A DNA stretch of 62,931 bases, counting the filler, from Octopus bimaculoides (Eukaryota), in assembly GCF_001194135.2 (NCBI RefSeq). It is 6 parts of 5 records of this genome, joined end to end, with 100 filler letters (N's around TTAATTAATTAA, not from the genome) between each part and the next. Parts side by side here need not be neighbours in the genome. Positions count along the whole stretch, not along the records: positions 17,396 to 43,998 come from NC_068993.1; 5 more parts are not named here. One strand, 5' to 3'. The notes under the pieces were generated by a model, which saw nothing but the letters and a program-made list of their open reading frames with translations, was not told where the DNA came from and ran no database searches. A program made the translations under genes and the position numbers. How positions within the stretch are numbered: the stretch's first letter is position 1; every line of letters starts with the position of its first letter. This document shows positions 25,870-36,346 of this stretch, piece by piece.

Positions 25870-26430
25870 AGCCTATAAAAATACGTGTAAATAGGTAAAA
25901 TTCTGACACGCATCGATACACGGATACACACGCGTATTTACGGACATGCGTGCACACACACAAACACGCGCGCTCACACACAAACACGCGCGCACACACA
26001 CGCGTAAACACACAGCCACACACATACACATACACGTACTATGCATACACAATTGCACACACAGAGACAAGCGTAAGTACATGCGCATACATATAAACGC
26101 ACATACACACATACATGCAGAAGCGCACACACACCGCGCATACACAAGCACTCGTACACTCAGACATGCGCAGGCACTCAAACACTCATATACTTGCACA
26201 GGCACACACGCACACAAACACGCACACAAACGGAAGAAGGAATACACACAAGAATACACACGCAAACATACACGCAAATACTTGCATATTCAGAAAAACC
26301 ACCATATACATGCACATGCAGGAATGCACTCGAATAGGAAAACCCTTACACGTTCATGCACACACACACTCACATGCAAACATATGCACTCACTCAAGGA
26401 GCCGATTCAACCACACGAACAGGCAAACTA
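25870..26430. repeat. Degenerate CA/CG-rich low-complexity tract
   Basis: Direct reading; source of the His/Thr-rich ORFs. Confidence 0.85.
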
Positions 26431-27157
26431 GATCGTGCACGCGCGCGAGCGTGCACTCGTACACTCGCACTCTCGTGCACAAACACATACACATGAATGC
26501 ATATATAAAAACGAAAACAGAAAACGAACTTTTTTCGAGCAACGAAAAAAAACAAACAAACAGAGAAACGAGACATGCAACATAAAGAGTATATCCCTTC
26601 GTTAGTTGTCCCAGTTCCATCTACTCAGCGTTTCGAAGGCAAGGACAATACGCGACTTCGTTGGAACAGTCCTTCCCGCAAAGCAAATTAAATAAAATTT
26701 GAAATTTTTTACGGTGGGTGAATTTTAGGCTTAGAAGAAGAAGTAAGGGTAAGAATAAATTATAGATTTGTATGGGTGTGTACGTGTGCGTGCATGTGTG
26801 GGTGGTAGCGTGGGTACACTTGTTTCACTGCTTGAATGTGTGTTTCTGTGTGTCAAGATATGTGTGCAATAACCATCCGTGACCTCTTTAAGGGTTCAGT
26901 CTTTTGCCTCTTGTTTTTGGTCAGTATCATGTCTGCTGAAGATTTATGGGTCTTAGATGTAGTTCTTTTATGTGGGGATGGCAGTGGCGAAAAGAAAAGG
27001 GTAGATATGTGTGCGACCATCTCTTTGCACTCGTGCGTGTGTGAGAAAGTATATGCATTCATGTGTATGTGTTTGTGCACGAGAGTTGCACAAATTGGTT
27101 GATACACACACACACACATACATACATACATACATACATACATACATACATACATAC

Positions 27158-27243
27158 AAATGAAAATACTCTGTTGTTGATATTGAAATTCCAATGAAAC
27201 CGGCTCTTTCTCTATTGGTAAGAAATTTTGAAATAAAACTGAA
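27158..27243 (+). mobile_element. Short 3' end of R4/Dong-like LINE embedded in (TACA)n
   Basis: Matches the 3' ends at 28205-28296 and 52340-52445 (gaaattccaatgaa...ttgaaataaaactgaa). Confidence 0.7.
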
Positions 27244-27276
27244 TATACATACATACATACATACATACATACATGC

Positions 27277-27328
<52 letters not shown>

Positions 27329-28060
27329 CAACCAAATACCTGATGCAAAAAAGGGACAGGAAAAGCAGTAAACTGTGATAACCGATGTAGACTTGGTGGA
27401 GTTAATACCGATGATATTACCCATAAGCAGTCGTCTAAAAATGTCATCACGGTATTATCTCCCGATGAGACATGATGTAGTCAGAACATTGTTTATTGAG
27501 ATCCGTTGGAAGGATAACCCCGAGGCCAAAGAAATAAGAACCTACAGTATGGTAGAAGCATAGTCACTCATAATCAAAAGGAGTACTGGTGGAATGTCCC
27601 TGTGAAAACTTCAGTAAAATGTAAATACAATAGACCTGATAGTAATTTGTGATAGAGAAAAACTGTTGTGGAAATCAGCTGCCCAGCGGATGTTAGCATA
27701 AAGCCAAAGATCAGTGAAAAAGAAAATATCTGCTGAACTATTGAGAAATCTACAGCTTCTCTATCCAGATTACAAGTTCAAGTTTATACCTATAATTATT
27801 GGGGCACTGTGATATGTAACACATTGCCAATCTTGAGAAATACCAATCTTGAGAAATTAGGCTTCTCAAAACCAGAAAGGAGAAAGCTGACTCGAAGACT
27901 ACAATTCCAAGCCATCACTCGAACTGTAAAAATCTGTAAAACTTTCCAGAATTTTATCATTTAAGAATATATGAGCATGTCTAGATATGAAACTATATGC
28001 AAGAGAATGCATACATAAAATAAAACATAAAAAATCTGCATGCATACACACATACATACA

Positions 28061-28094
<34 letters not shown>

Positions 28095-28296
28095 CATACA
28101 TATATACATACATACATACATACCTACCTACATACACACACATACACACACATATACATACATACATACATGCATACATACATACATACATGCATGCATG
28201 CATACCCTGTTGATGCTGAAATTTCAATGAAGGAGCCTCAGATCTAGGTTAGAAAGCAGCTTTCTCTAGCGGCAAAAAATCTTGAATAAAACTGAA
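27329..28296 (+). mobile_element. 5'-truncated RLE-type LINE (R4/Dong-like), decayed
   Basis: CRL...DDITH zinc knuckle, RHDVV, NRPD...VEISCP restriction-like endonuclease, FIPIIIGALG, then a TACA-rich 3' UTR. Confidence 0.85.
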
Positions 28297-28313
28297 TATG
28301 ACATGCATACATA

Positions 28314-29584
28314 TTAGGTTGGCAACTAAGTTCCTGCAATTTTTTAAAATTTAAAGTTTTTAAAAGGCTTAATAAAAAATAATAACTAATTAATTAATAA
28401 TTTATTTACCTTTGTTGTTTACAACTTCCCAACGTTCAACAAGATTTTCAATACCTCGTTGGTAGAAATCGCTTGATTTCAACTCGAAAAATTGATCCAA
28501 CCAAGCTCTCAATTCTGCATCAGTATTGAACGAAACTCCGCGCATAGCATTTGAAAGAGATCGAAAGAGGTGGAAATCGGTTGGTGGCAAATCAAGAGAG
28601 TATGACGGGTGTGGCAGCACTTCCCAATCATGCGTTTGAATGGCTTCCTTAGTCATATTGGCGATATGAGGGCGGGCGTTGTCGTGCAGCAGAACTCCAT
28701 GCTGACGATTTCTCTTGAATAGCCGTGTTAAGTCGTTCCATCTGTTGAACATTGAGTTCCGCGTTGACCGTTTGGTTCCATTCAAGCAATTCGTAATGGA
28801 TAATCCTTTCCCAGTCCCACCATACGCACAACATCGTTTTACGCGGATGAAGATCTTGTTTCACGCGCGGTGTCGCTTGTTTACCGGGGCTAAGCCATTC
28901 CTTACGCTGCTTCATATTGATGTACAGGCACCATTTTCCGTCGCCAGTAACGATTCAGTAAAGAAATCGTTACTTGTGTCCATGAGTTGAGCAGTGACGA
29001 GCAAGAAAACCAGCGGAGAATGTGGCTCGTTGATTTTTGTTGTTGTTACTTAAAGCATGCGGAACCCATGCTCCATACTTCTGAACCTTTTCCATCGAGT
29101 GAAGATGCTTCTCTATAGCAGAGTGGGAGCATTCCATTTTCTCTGCCAGTTCCCTTGTCGTTTGACTAGAATTTTTAATTGCTCTTCATCGAACTGAACT
29201 GGACGGCCAGAACGAAGTGCGTCTTTGAGGTCAAAATTTGCATTTTTGAACTTGGCATACCAATCACGAGCGGTTCTTTCAGCTATGGCACCCTCTCCAT
29301 ACACAGCACAAATGTCGTGAGCAGCTTCTGCGGCCTTAGAACTTTGATTAAAAGCAAAAAGAAGGAGGGTCGAGAATGCTCGTTTTTCTTAACTTGACAT
29401 TCCATTTTAATGATCTGAAAATAAACAAAAATTAACTAAAATTAGCTAGAAAATACAACAAAATATATTCCGAAATGATTCAAAAATAGAATTCTTGAAA
29501 AAAAAAAAAAATAGATTTCAAAATTTAAAAACGCAATAAATTCCAAAATTTAAAAAAAACCGCGGGAACTAAGTTGCCAACCAA
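28314..29584 (-). mobile_element. Full-length (~1.27 kb) decayed mariner, D,D34D
   Basis: TA TSDs at 28312-28313 and 29585-29586, TIRs tt(a)ggttggcaact(a/t)agttcc, and HDNARPH-34 aa-YSLDLPPTDFHLF. Frameshifted. Confidence 0.95.
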
Positions 29585-29744
29585 TACATACATGCACGCA
29601 TACATACATACATACATACATACATACATACATACATACATACATACATGCATGCATGTATGTATGTATGTATACATACATACATACATACATACATACA
29701 TACATACATAAATGCATGTATACATACATACATACATAGACAAA

Positions 29745-30275
29745 AATAGTACAATGAACTTGCAATTGGGAGTGAAAATCCAACGTTTCAGATAGCGTCC
29801 TTCCTCAGGAAACAGATGACAGGAGAGAAAATAATGTAAGACAGTAAAATTTTATATCCACTTAGTAAAAAAAAAAGATGAAATTTATGAGGAACGCAGG
29901 AGGACTGGAGTTTCATATATGAGCAGGAAGTGGTAGGAGAGAGAAAAAGATGAGAGAGGTAGAAGGAAAGAGGAATAGAATGAAGGTGAGAAGCAAGTGA
30001 GGTCGAAAGTAAAGTGAAGAGAAAAAATGAGATGAGAGGGGAGTAGAATAAAAAACAATAATTTAAATATGTTGGTGACATGGTACCAAGTTCGAATATG
30101 AAATGCTGTTCTTTCTACTTCCTTTAGAACGTCGACCCATAGTATGCTGAGATGCTGCTCACTGTAGTATTCAAGTGGGCGGTAACAGGTTGGCCTAGCA
30201 TACGTGTTTCCGGAAAGCGATCGGCAAGGGATCAGCCTGTTTCCCAAACGTAAAGAGCGTCACAAAGTTTTTATA
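29745..30275 (-). mobile_element. Penelope-like element 3' end (GIY-YIG remnant plus terminal region)
   Basis: KLCDALYV(W)ETG*SLADRF and PVTAHLN...KEQHFIFELGTMSP..LN, followed by a hammerhead-like core at 29782-29808. Confidence 0.75.
29782..29808 (-). ncRNA. Minimal hammerhead-like core
   Basis: Minus strand CTGAGGA-aggacgctatct-GAAAC-GTT, with palindromic ACGT helix III. Helix I is only ~3 bp. Confidence 0.5.
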
Positions 30276-30399
30276 TGATATGGATGAAATGCAACAGAAG
30301 TTCTGTTTTATTGTATTATGCTACATTTGAACGTTTCTTTAATGATATGCATATATATAACGTATGTTGTTAAAAAAATGTCCCCTTCCCCTTTCCTTA

Positions 30400-31701
30400 C
30401 CGACTTCCACGCCATTTGAAGCGGGGACGTTTTCTAGATGTGCAGCAAGCCTGGATCACTTTCACTACATTTGTGGAGAGTTTATGACTAAGAAACGTCA
30501 GAGAAACATCACCGAATTTGTCAAGATATCTTTCTATGCCTAATTTGGAGTGAAATTAAGAGTAAAGAAGTAGATCCTTCATAAGGCCTGCTCAGTTTGT
30601 GTTGAAGAACTAAACCACTGGATAAAATGCCCAAAGATGTCTTCGTTTTAGAGGTTCAATAATATGGAGGAAGCCTAAAAATCAATGATGACTGCTACTT
30701 TTGCTCGAGTAAGGTGTAGGAATATCATTGGAAGAGTAAAAAAAACTTTGTTTATTCAAATCTCCAATCTGTGATCTGGTATCCATGGACAAGAAGTTTC
30801 AGGCCCATTAACACCAGGAAACATTGAAGACATCACATGAGTTCTTTGTCAGAAGGCACAAATAACAATGACGAGGAAATCTTCAATAGTAGATTTGCCA
30901 CAGGATAGAGAGAGCTTCATGTATTTGCGTAGCAAGTTTTCTGCTCTATCAGACGCCAAGGGGGAAGAGGGTGTATATATATAGGACCAGATATAAAGAA
31001 ACTTGTCAAGAATGAAAATTTTGAAAACTCTCTTAGTGATCCTGAAGAAGATGCATGAATTAATTTTAAAGATGTAATGAAAATCTTCTTGGGTAATCAC
31101 AAAGATCTAAACTGCAAAGACATAGTGGGAAGAATGCTGGAAAAGTTTGAGGCCTTAGGATGTAAAATAAGTATTGAAGTTCATTTCCTACGTGCCCATT
31201 TGGACTTCTTTCCGGAAAATCTGGGAGATGTGAGTGAGGAGAGGAAATGGTTTCATCAAGACATAAAGGAGATGAAAAGATGTGAGGGAAGATAGAATAC
31301 TAATATGATGGCCGACTACTACTGGATGATGCATCGTGAATCAACAAATGCTCACAAGCAAAGGAGTTCCAGGCATAGTTCCCAAGATTTTGAGGTGCAG
31401 AATCCAAAATTTTAAAAATGAATGGAACCCTTGTAAAAATCTATTTTCTCACCTTTCAATTGCATTTCTGACATTTTATTTTGTTTAAAAAAAAGTACTA
31501 AATTCATTGTTATTAGTTTCATTTTGCCCTACCATATGTAGATTTACCTCCAAATTAGGGTATATTTTATGATTGAACTGTGAGAAAACGTTAGGTGACA
31601 GGAAAAAGCCTTTTCGGTATTTCGAATTAGCACCACAAAAATATATAAAATAACACAATTATCAAAATAGTTTTCAAAACTTTCCATTTCGCAGACCTGC
31701 G
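30400..31701 (+). mobile_element. Decayed Chapaev3-like (CMC) transposon
   Basis: HYICGEF...RNITEFVK...FGVKL, CSVCVEEL, WRKPKN.DDCYFC, and FLGNHK...GCKISIEVHFLRAHLDFFPENLGDVSEE...FHQDIKEM..R..G...NMMADY. Family assignment is from recall of these motifs. Confidence 0.7.
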
Positions 31702-31718
31702 TAATCTTCATATCCAAT

Positions 31719-31762
<44 letters not shown>

Positions 31763-32205
31763 CTATATGCACCTGCATACGTACATGCATATTCACACAT
31801 TTGCATACGCGCACATACACAACTACATAGCCACATCAGCGCATATGCTAGTATCCATATCAGAATATTCAGTCTTAATTGTCGTTTTTAGCATTGTACT
31901 GACGGGCTGCCGGTATGAATGTATTGTTTTAGATGTAGGCATGGAATGGAGAGAAAAATATAGAAAAATCCGTTTTGCAGAGGGTGCTAGAAAAATATTG
32001 GATCAAGGAAGTGTCATGCTTCCTTGCTAGTGTGTTGATGAGGAAATTTTACAATAGGGTAAAATAAATGTATTGATGTTGGGACACTCGTTTCTAATGT
32101 TTACATAGTTTCCTGAGTACTTAACTCTGAATAAAATACATGTTCTTTCTGTTGTAAAAAGACTGCATTTTCTTGCAAACCAGATAGATGAAGCTGACAT
32201 GTTAG

Positions 32206-32253
32206 GATCTTTACACGTACTGCAAATGCATTGTGGGATGTCATCAAGGATAA
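32206..32253 (+). CDS. Possible symmetric (phase 2-2) exon xIFTRTANALWDVIKDx
   Basis: Fits in frame between 25404 and 32499, but the acceptor lacks a pyrimidine tract and the GTATGT donor is part of a microsatellite. Confidence 0.25.
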   Translation, partial: DLYTYCKCIVGCHQG

Positions 32254-32498
32254 GTATGTATGGATGTATGTATATTTTTCTGCTCTATTTTAAGAATTAC
32301 TCACCAATACCGAAAATACCAGTCTCTAAACCAGGATCAAGACTCTTCTAGAATTCATATACCACATTTCTTTTCCTAAAAGTAATAAAAGTATCAGTCT
32401 GAGGAAGAAAATCTTAGCGGTTCACCAATAATGTTTTTCAGAATAGTGAATCTAGAAATTTACATGTTATAGTGTGTCAATATTCTTTCTCATGGTAG

Positions 32499-32581
32499 GG
32501 ATTACAATGCTTGTCTGCTGAATAAAAACGAAGGTGCATGTACGACTACGGAACGAGATACACTGCTGCCAACTAACTGCC
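32499..32581 (+). CDS. Candidate exon (xDYNACLLNKNEGACTTTERDTLLPTNCx)
   Basis: ttctttctcatggtAG acceptor, consensus GTAAGT donor at 32582, single open frame, phase 2 to 1, three Cys. Confidence 0.6.
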
Positions 32582-32681
32582 GTAAGTACACTACCTATTC
32601 TTACCAAGTTCTGTTTATCACAATTGATTTGTAATTCTTATTGATCCAATTCTTTCATTTTCTTAAAGACAGCTATATAGG

Positions 32682-33210
32682 CGCAGGCGTGGATGTGCGG
32701 TTGACTGTGTGGTAAGAAGCTTGTTTTCCAACCACATGATTCCGGGTTCAGTCCTACTGCGTGGCACCTTGGGCAAGTGTCTCTTACTATAGCCGCGGAT
32801 CAGCCAAAATCTTGTGAGTGGATTTGGTAGACGGAAACTACTGAAAGAAGCCTGTCGTATATATATATGTGTGTGTGTATGTGTGTGTGTGTGTGCGTGT
32901 GTGCGTGCGCGTGTGTGTGCGCGTGTGCGTGTGTGTGTGTGTATATATGTATATGCATATATTTATGTGTGTGTGTCTTTGATTCTGTGTTTGTCCCTTC
33001 ACCATCACATCACAACCGATGTTGATGTGTTTACATCCCCGTAAGTTAGCAGTTCGGCAAAAGAGGCCGATAGAATACTTACTCTTTGTAAGCCTAGAGG
33101 CTTACAGAGAATAAAGTACTGGGGTCGATTTCTTCGACTAAAACCCCTTTAAGGCGGTGCTCCAGTATGGCCGCAATCAAATGACTGAAACAAGAATTAA
33201 AGAATAAAAT
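32682..33210 (+). mobile_element. Full-length CORE-type tRNA SINE
   Basis: Reverse-complement match to 16846-17230. Confidence 0.9.
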
Positions 33211-33478
33211 GAAAAAAATAAAACAATGTGATTCAACATGCACTATATATTTCTACCCATAATTCTGTCCTTGTGATTCAATATCATAATACTTGTTGGT
33301 GCGTTGGTATTTCAAATAACGGCGAAAAGTATTTTATTCTCTTCTGATCTGCTGTTGTTAGTATTTGTATTGTAAGTCTGTATATACATTATCATACAGT
33401 TATTATTATACTATGAGTCTTCCATAGTAGCTTTGTCTCCGTCACTTACAAAGCATTTCTGGTTTGTTTACAAATATT

Positions 33479-33660
33479 CTTTGGGAGGGGTCCAGTCGAT
33501 TAGATCGTCCCCAGTACGCAACTGGTACTTAATTTATCGACCCCAAAAGGATGAAAACAAAGTCAACTTCGGCGGAATTTGAACTCAGAACATAAAGACA
33601 GACGAAATACCGCTAAGCATTTCGCCCGGTATGTTAACGTTTCTGCCAGCTAGCCGTCTT
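33479..33660 (-). mobile_element. Family-2 SINE with 18-bp TSD
   Basis: ggtttg(t/c)ttacaaatatt at 33461-33478 and 33661-33678. Confidence 0.9.
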
Positions 33661-33906
33661 GGTTTGCTTACAAATATTATATGTCGTATTAGACAATTAT
33701 ATATTCATTAAAACATATATCCACTAAATTTGGCTGAAACTGATGGATGAGCGTTAGGCCCAATTGGAATCGCAAGGAGCCGTGTTAGCATTGATTTGTG
33801 GATTCGATTCTGGCTACGGTCATCCTTTTTCGGTCATTTGCCTGTATTTAAAAATTGTCGGTTCAAATCGGAGAATATACATTATTATGATATATTATTA
33901 TACAGT

Positions 33907-33941
<35 letters not shown>

Positions 33942-34182
33942 TGAAATGTTTTAATTAAGGAAGGTCTTACGTAATTGATGCATTTCTTGATATATATTAC
34001 GCTGACCGGAAACGTGCATTGCTTTCAAAATATCACTGGTTTGAATTCATTCTTACAAATTGTAAAAATGAATTCAAACCAAACAGCGATATTTTGAAAG
34101 CAATTATATGTACGTTTCAGGTCAGCGTAATATATAAGAAATGCATCCATTACGTAAGACCTTCCTCAGTTAAAACATTTCA
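33942..34182. repeat. ~240-bp imperfect palindrome carrying hammerhead motifs
   Basis: Arms 33942-34058 and 34060-34182 are reverse complements with few mismatches and indels. Intact core CTGAGGA...GAAACGTA on the minus strand at 34111-34169. Confidence 0.9.
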
Positions 34183-35147
34183 AAATATGAAACAGCCGAT
34201 GGAGATATTTCAATATATATGGTTACAGCGGTAAGTTGGCTACTAAGCTAGGAGAATGAACATGTATAGAGAGGAGGGAAGTGAGGTAGGAAGAGAGAGA
34301 GGGAGAGAGTAGTAAGAGTAACAGGAGTAGGAGGGCGAAGAAGAGAGAGACAAAAGGAGCGAAGGATATATATATATATATAAAGTGAGATAGTGGGGAA
34401 AAAAAGAAAGGAAGATATACGAGTGAATTCTATTGAAAAGAATGAGATGGCTGTACCTGTATGTTTGCATACAAAATCAGTGAAAATGGACAAAGAGTAG
34501 AGAATTAAGGTCATGAATTTGGGGCGTAATGAACCAGATATTAGGGTGTAGTTAAGAGTCTTAGTAGTGAATGGAATAGGTAGTATATAGCCTTGATCAT
34601 GTAAGTGATGTCAACGCAGATGTAGGATGACTGGTGATATGCAGGGTGACCTTGTTTAAAGTGAAGAGTTGTGCACGGTCGACTTCACTCTCTTGTCCAT
34701 GACCATCTTCAATCCAGTATTAAGACCATGGCAAGACAGCTGAATATAAAGACAAATGCACTGGATGGTCAAAATATCGTACTTACCTCATCTTGCTCCT
34801 TGTACTACAGAATGCATTGCTGCATTCGCCTTCCCATTCGTTGAACCATGGAGGCGTCTTCCGCGGAGTCCCCCGAACCCAATCTTCACATGCATTGGTA
34901 AGCAAGCCCCAATATGTCGATTAACCCATAGCTGGAGCCCTAACAGGTACTATTACTACGGGTCAGAGTAGACTGGGAACAGTAGTTCCTACATACCTAT
35001 CTAAACTGGGAACAGTAGTACCTACATACCTACCTGCATACATACGTACTCTCACACACAGACATACGTATATACATATATAGATACATACGTACATACA
35101 TACATGTATACATACATACACACATACGCACAAGCTTGAAGACAGTA

Positions 35148-35457
35148 TAATTGACACGAAGCACAGCCTCTCTTGGACACAAGACCACTACATCACATCA
35201 CACTTTGAAGGCTATGCATTTGCAATCCAGGAACAGGAGATTGCCACAAAGTACCTGGTGAACAAGAGAGACAGTGATGCTCTTGTAATCCCAAGGTGCA
35301 ACCGCGTGTGTAGACTATGTCATGCTTCTGGGGAAGACATTACGCATGTGATTAGCAGTACAATGCCATCCGCGGAAAAGACTGTCCTGAAATAAACTTA
35401 GAAAATCCCTCTGTTATGGAATACATTAAAAAAAAACACCAACTCAAGGAATACTGG
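35148..35457 (+). mobile_element. R4/Dong-like LINE fragment
   Basis: SHFEGYAFAIQEQEIATKYL...CRLCHASGEDITHVISS. Preceded by a TACA-type microsatellite and runs into a gap. Confidence 0.8.
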
Positions 35458-36346
35458 NNNNNNNNNNNNNNNNNNNNNNNNNNNNNNNNNNNNNNNNNNN
35501 NNNNNNNNNNNNNNNNNNNNNNNNNNNNNNNNNNNNNNNNNNNNNNNNNNNNNNNNNNNNNNNNNNNNNNNNNNNNNNNNNNNNNNNNNNNNNNNNNNNN
35601 NNNNNNNNNNNNNNNNNNNNNNNNNNNNNNNNNNNNNNNNNNNNNNNNNNNNNNNNNNNNNNNNNNNNNNNNNNNNNNNNNNNNNNNNNNNNNNNNNNNN
35701 NNNNNNNNNNNNNNNNNNNNNNNNNNNNNNNNNNNNNNNNNNNNNNNNNNNNNNNNNNNNNNNNNNNNNNNNNNNNNNNNNNNNNNNNNNNNNNNNNNNN
35801 NNNNNNNNNNNNNNNNNNNNNNNNNNNNNNNNNNNNNNNNNNNNNNNNNNNNNNNNNNNNNNNNNNNNNNNNNNNNNNNNNNNNNNNNNNNNNNNNNNNN
35901 NNNNNNNNNNNNNNNNNNNNNNNNNNNNNNNNNNNNNNNNNNNNNNNNNNNNNNNNNNNNNNNNNNNNNNNNNNNNNNNNNNNNNNNNNNNNNNNNNNNN
36001 NNNNNNNNNNNNNNNNNNNNNNNNNNNNNNNNNNNNNNNNNNNNNNNNNNNNNNNNNNNNNNNNNNNNNNNNNNNNNNNNNNNNNNNNNNNNNNNNNNNN
36101 NNNNNNNNNNNNNNNNNNNNNNNNNNNNNNNNNNNNNNNNNNNNNNNNNNNNNNNNNNNNNNNNNNNNNNNNNNNNNNNNNNNNNNNNNNNNNNNNNNNN
36201 NNNNNNNNNNNNNNNNNNNNNNNNNNNNNNNNNNNNNNNNNNNNNNNGCACCAAAGCTTTGTAAAGTGAATCTAGTAGACGAAAACTGTTTGGAATCCTT
36301 ATCTTAATATATAAAGCAGAGTTTGTGTGTGTGTGTGTGTGTGTGT

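Noticed and set aside
28402-29304. SETMAR-like host gene
   Set aside because: No SET domain; it is frameshifted and bounded by TIRs and TA TSDs, so it is an ordinary mariner.
32184-32253. Alternative longer exon IDEADMLGSLHVLQMHCGMSSRI using the stronger ccAG acceptor
   Set aside because: Its phase (0 to 1) is incompatible with neighbouring exons 25404 and 32499. It is not excluded without transcripts.
34560-34971. Unique-looking segment with a 71-aa ORF and a minus-strand GTAAGT
   Set aside because: No recognisable motif, and other frames are interrupted. It may be an old TE remnant but cannot be assigned.
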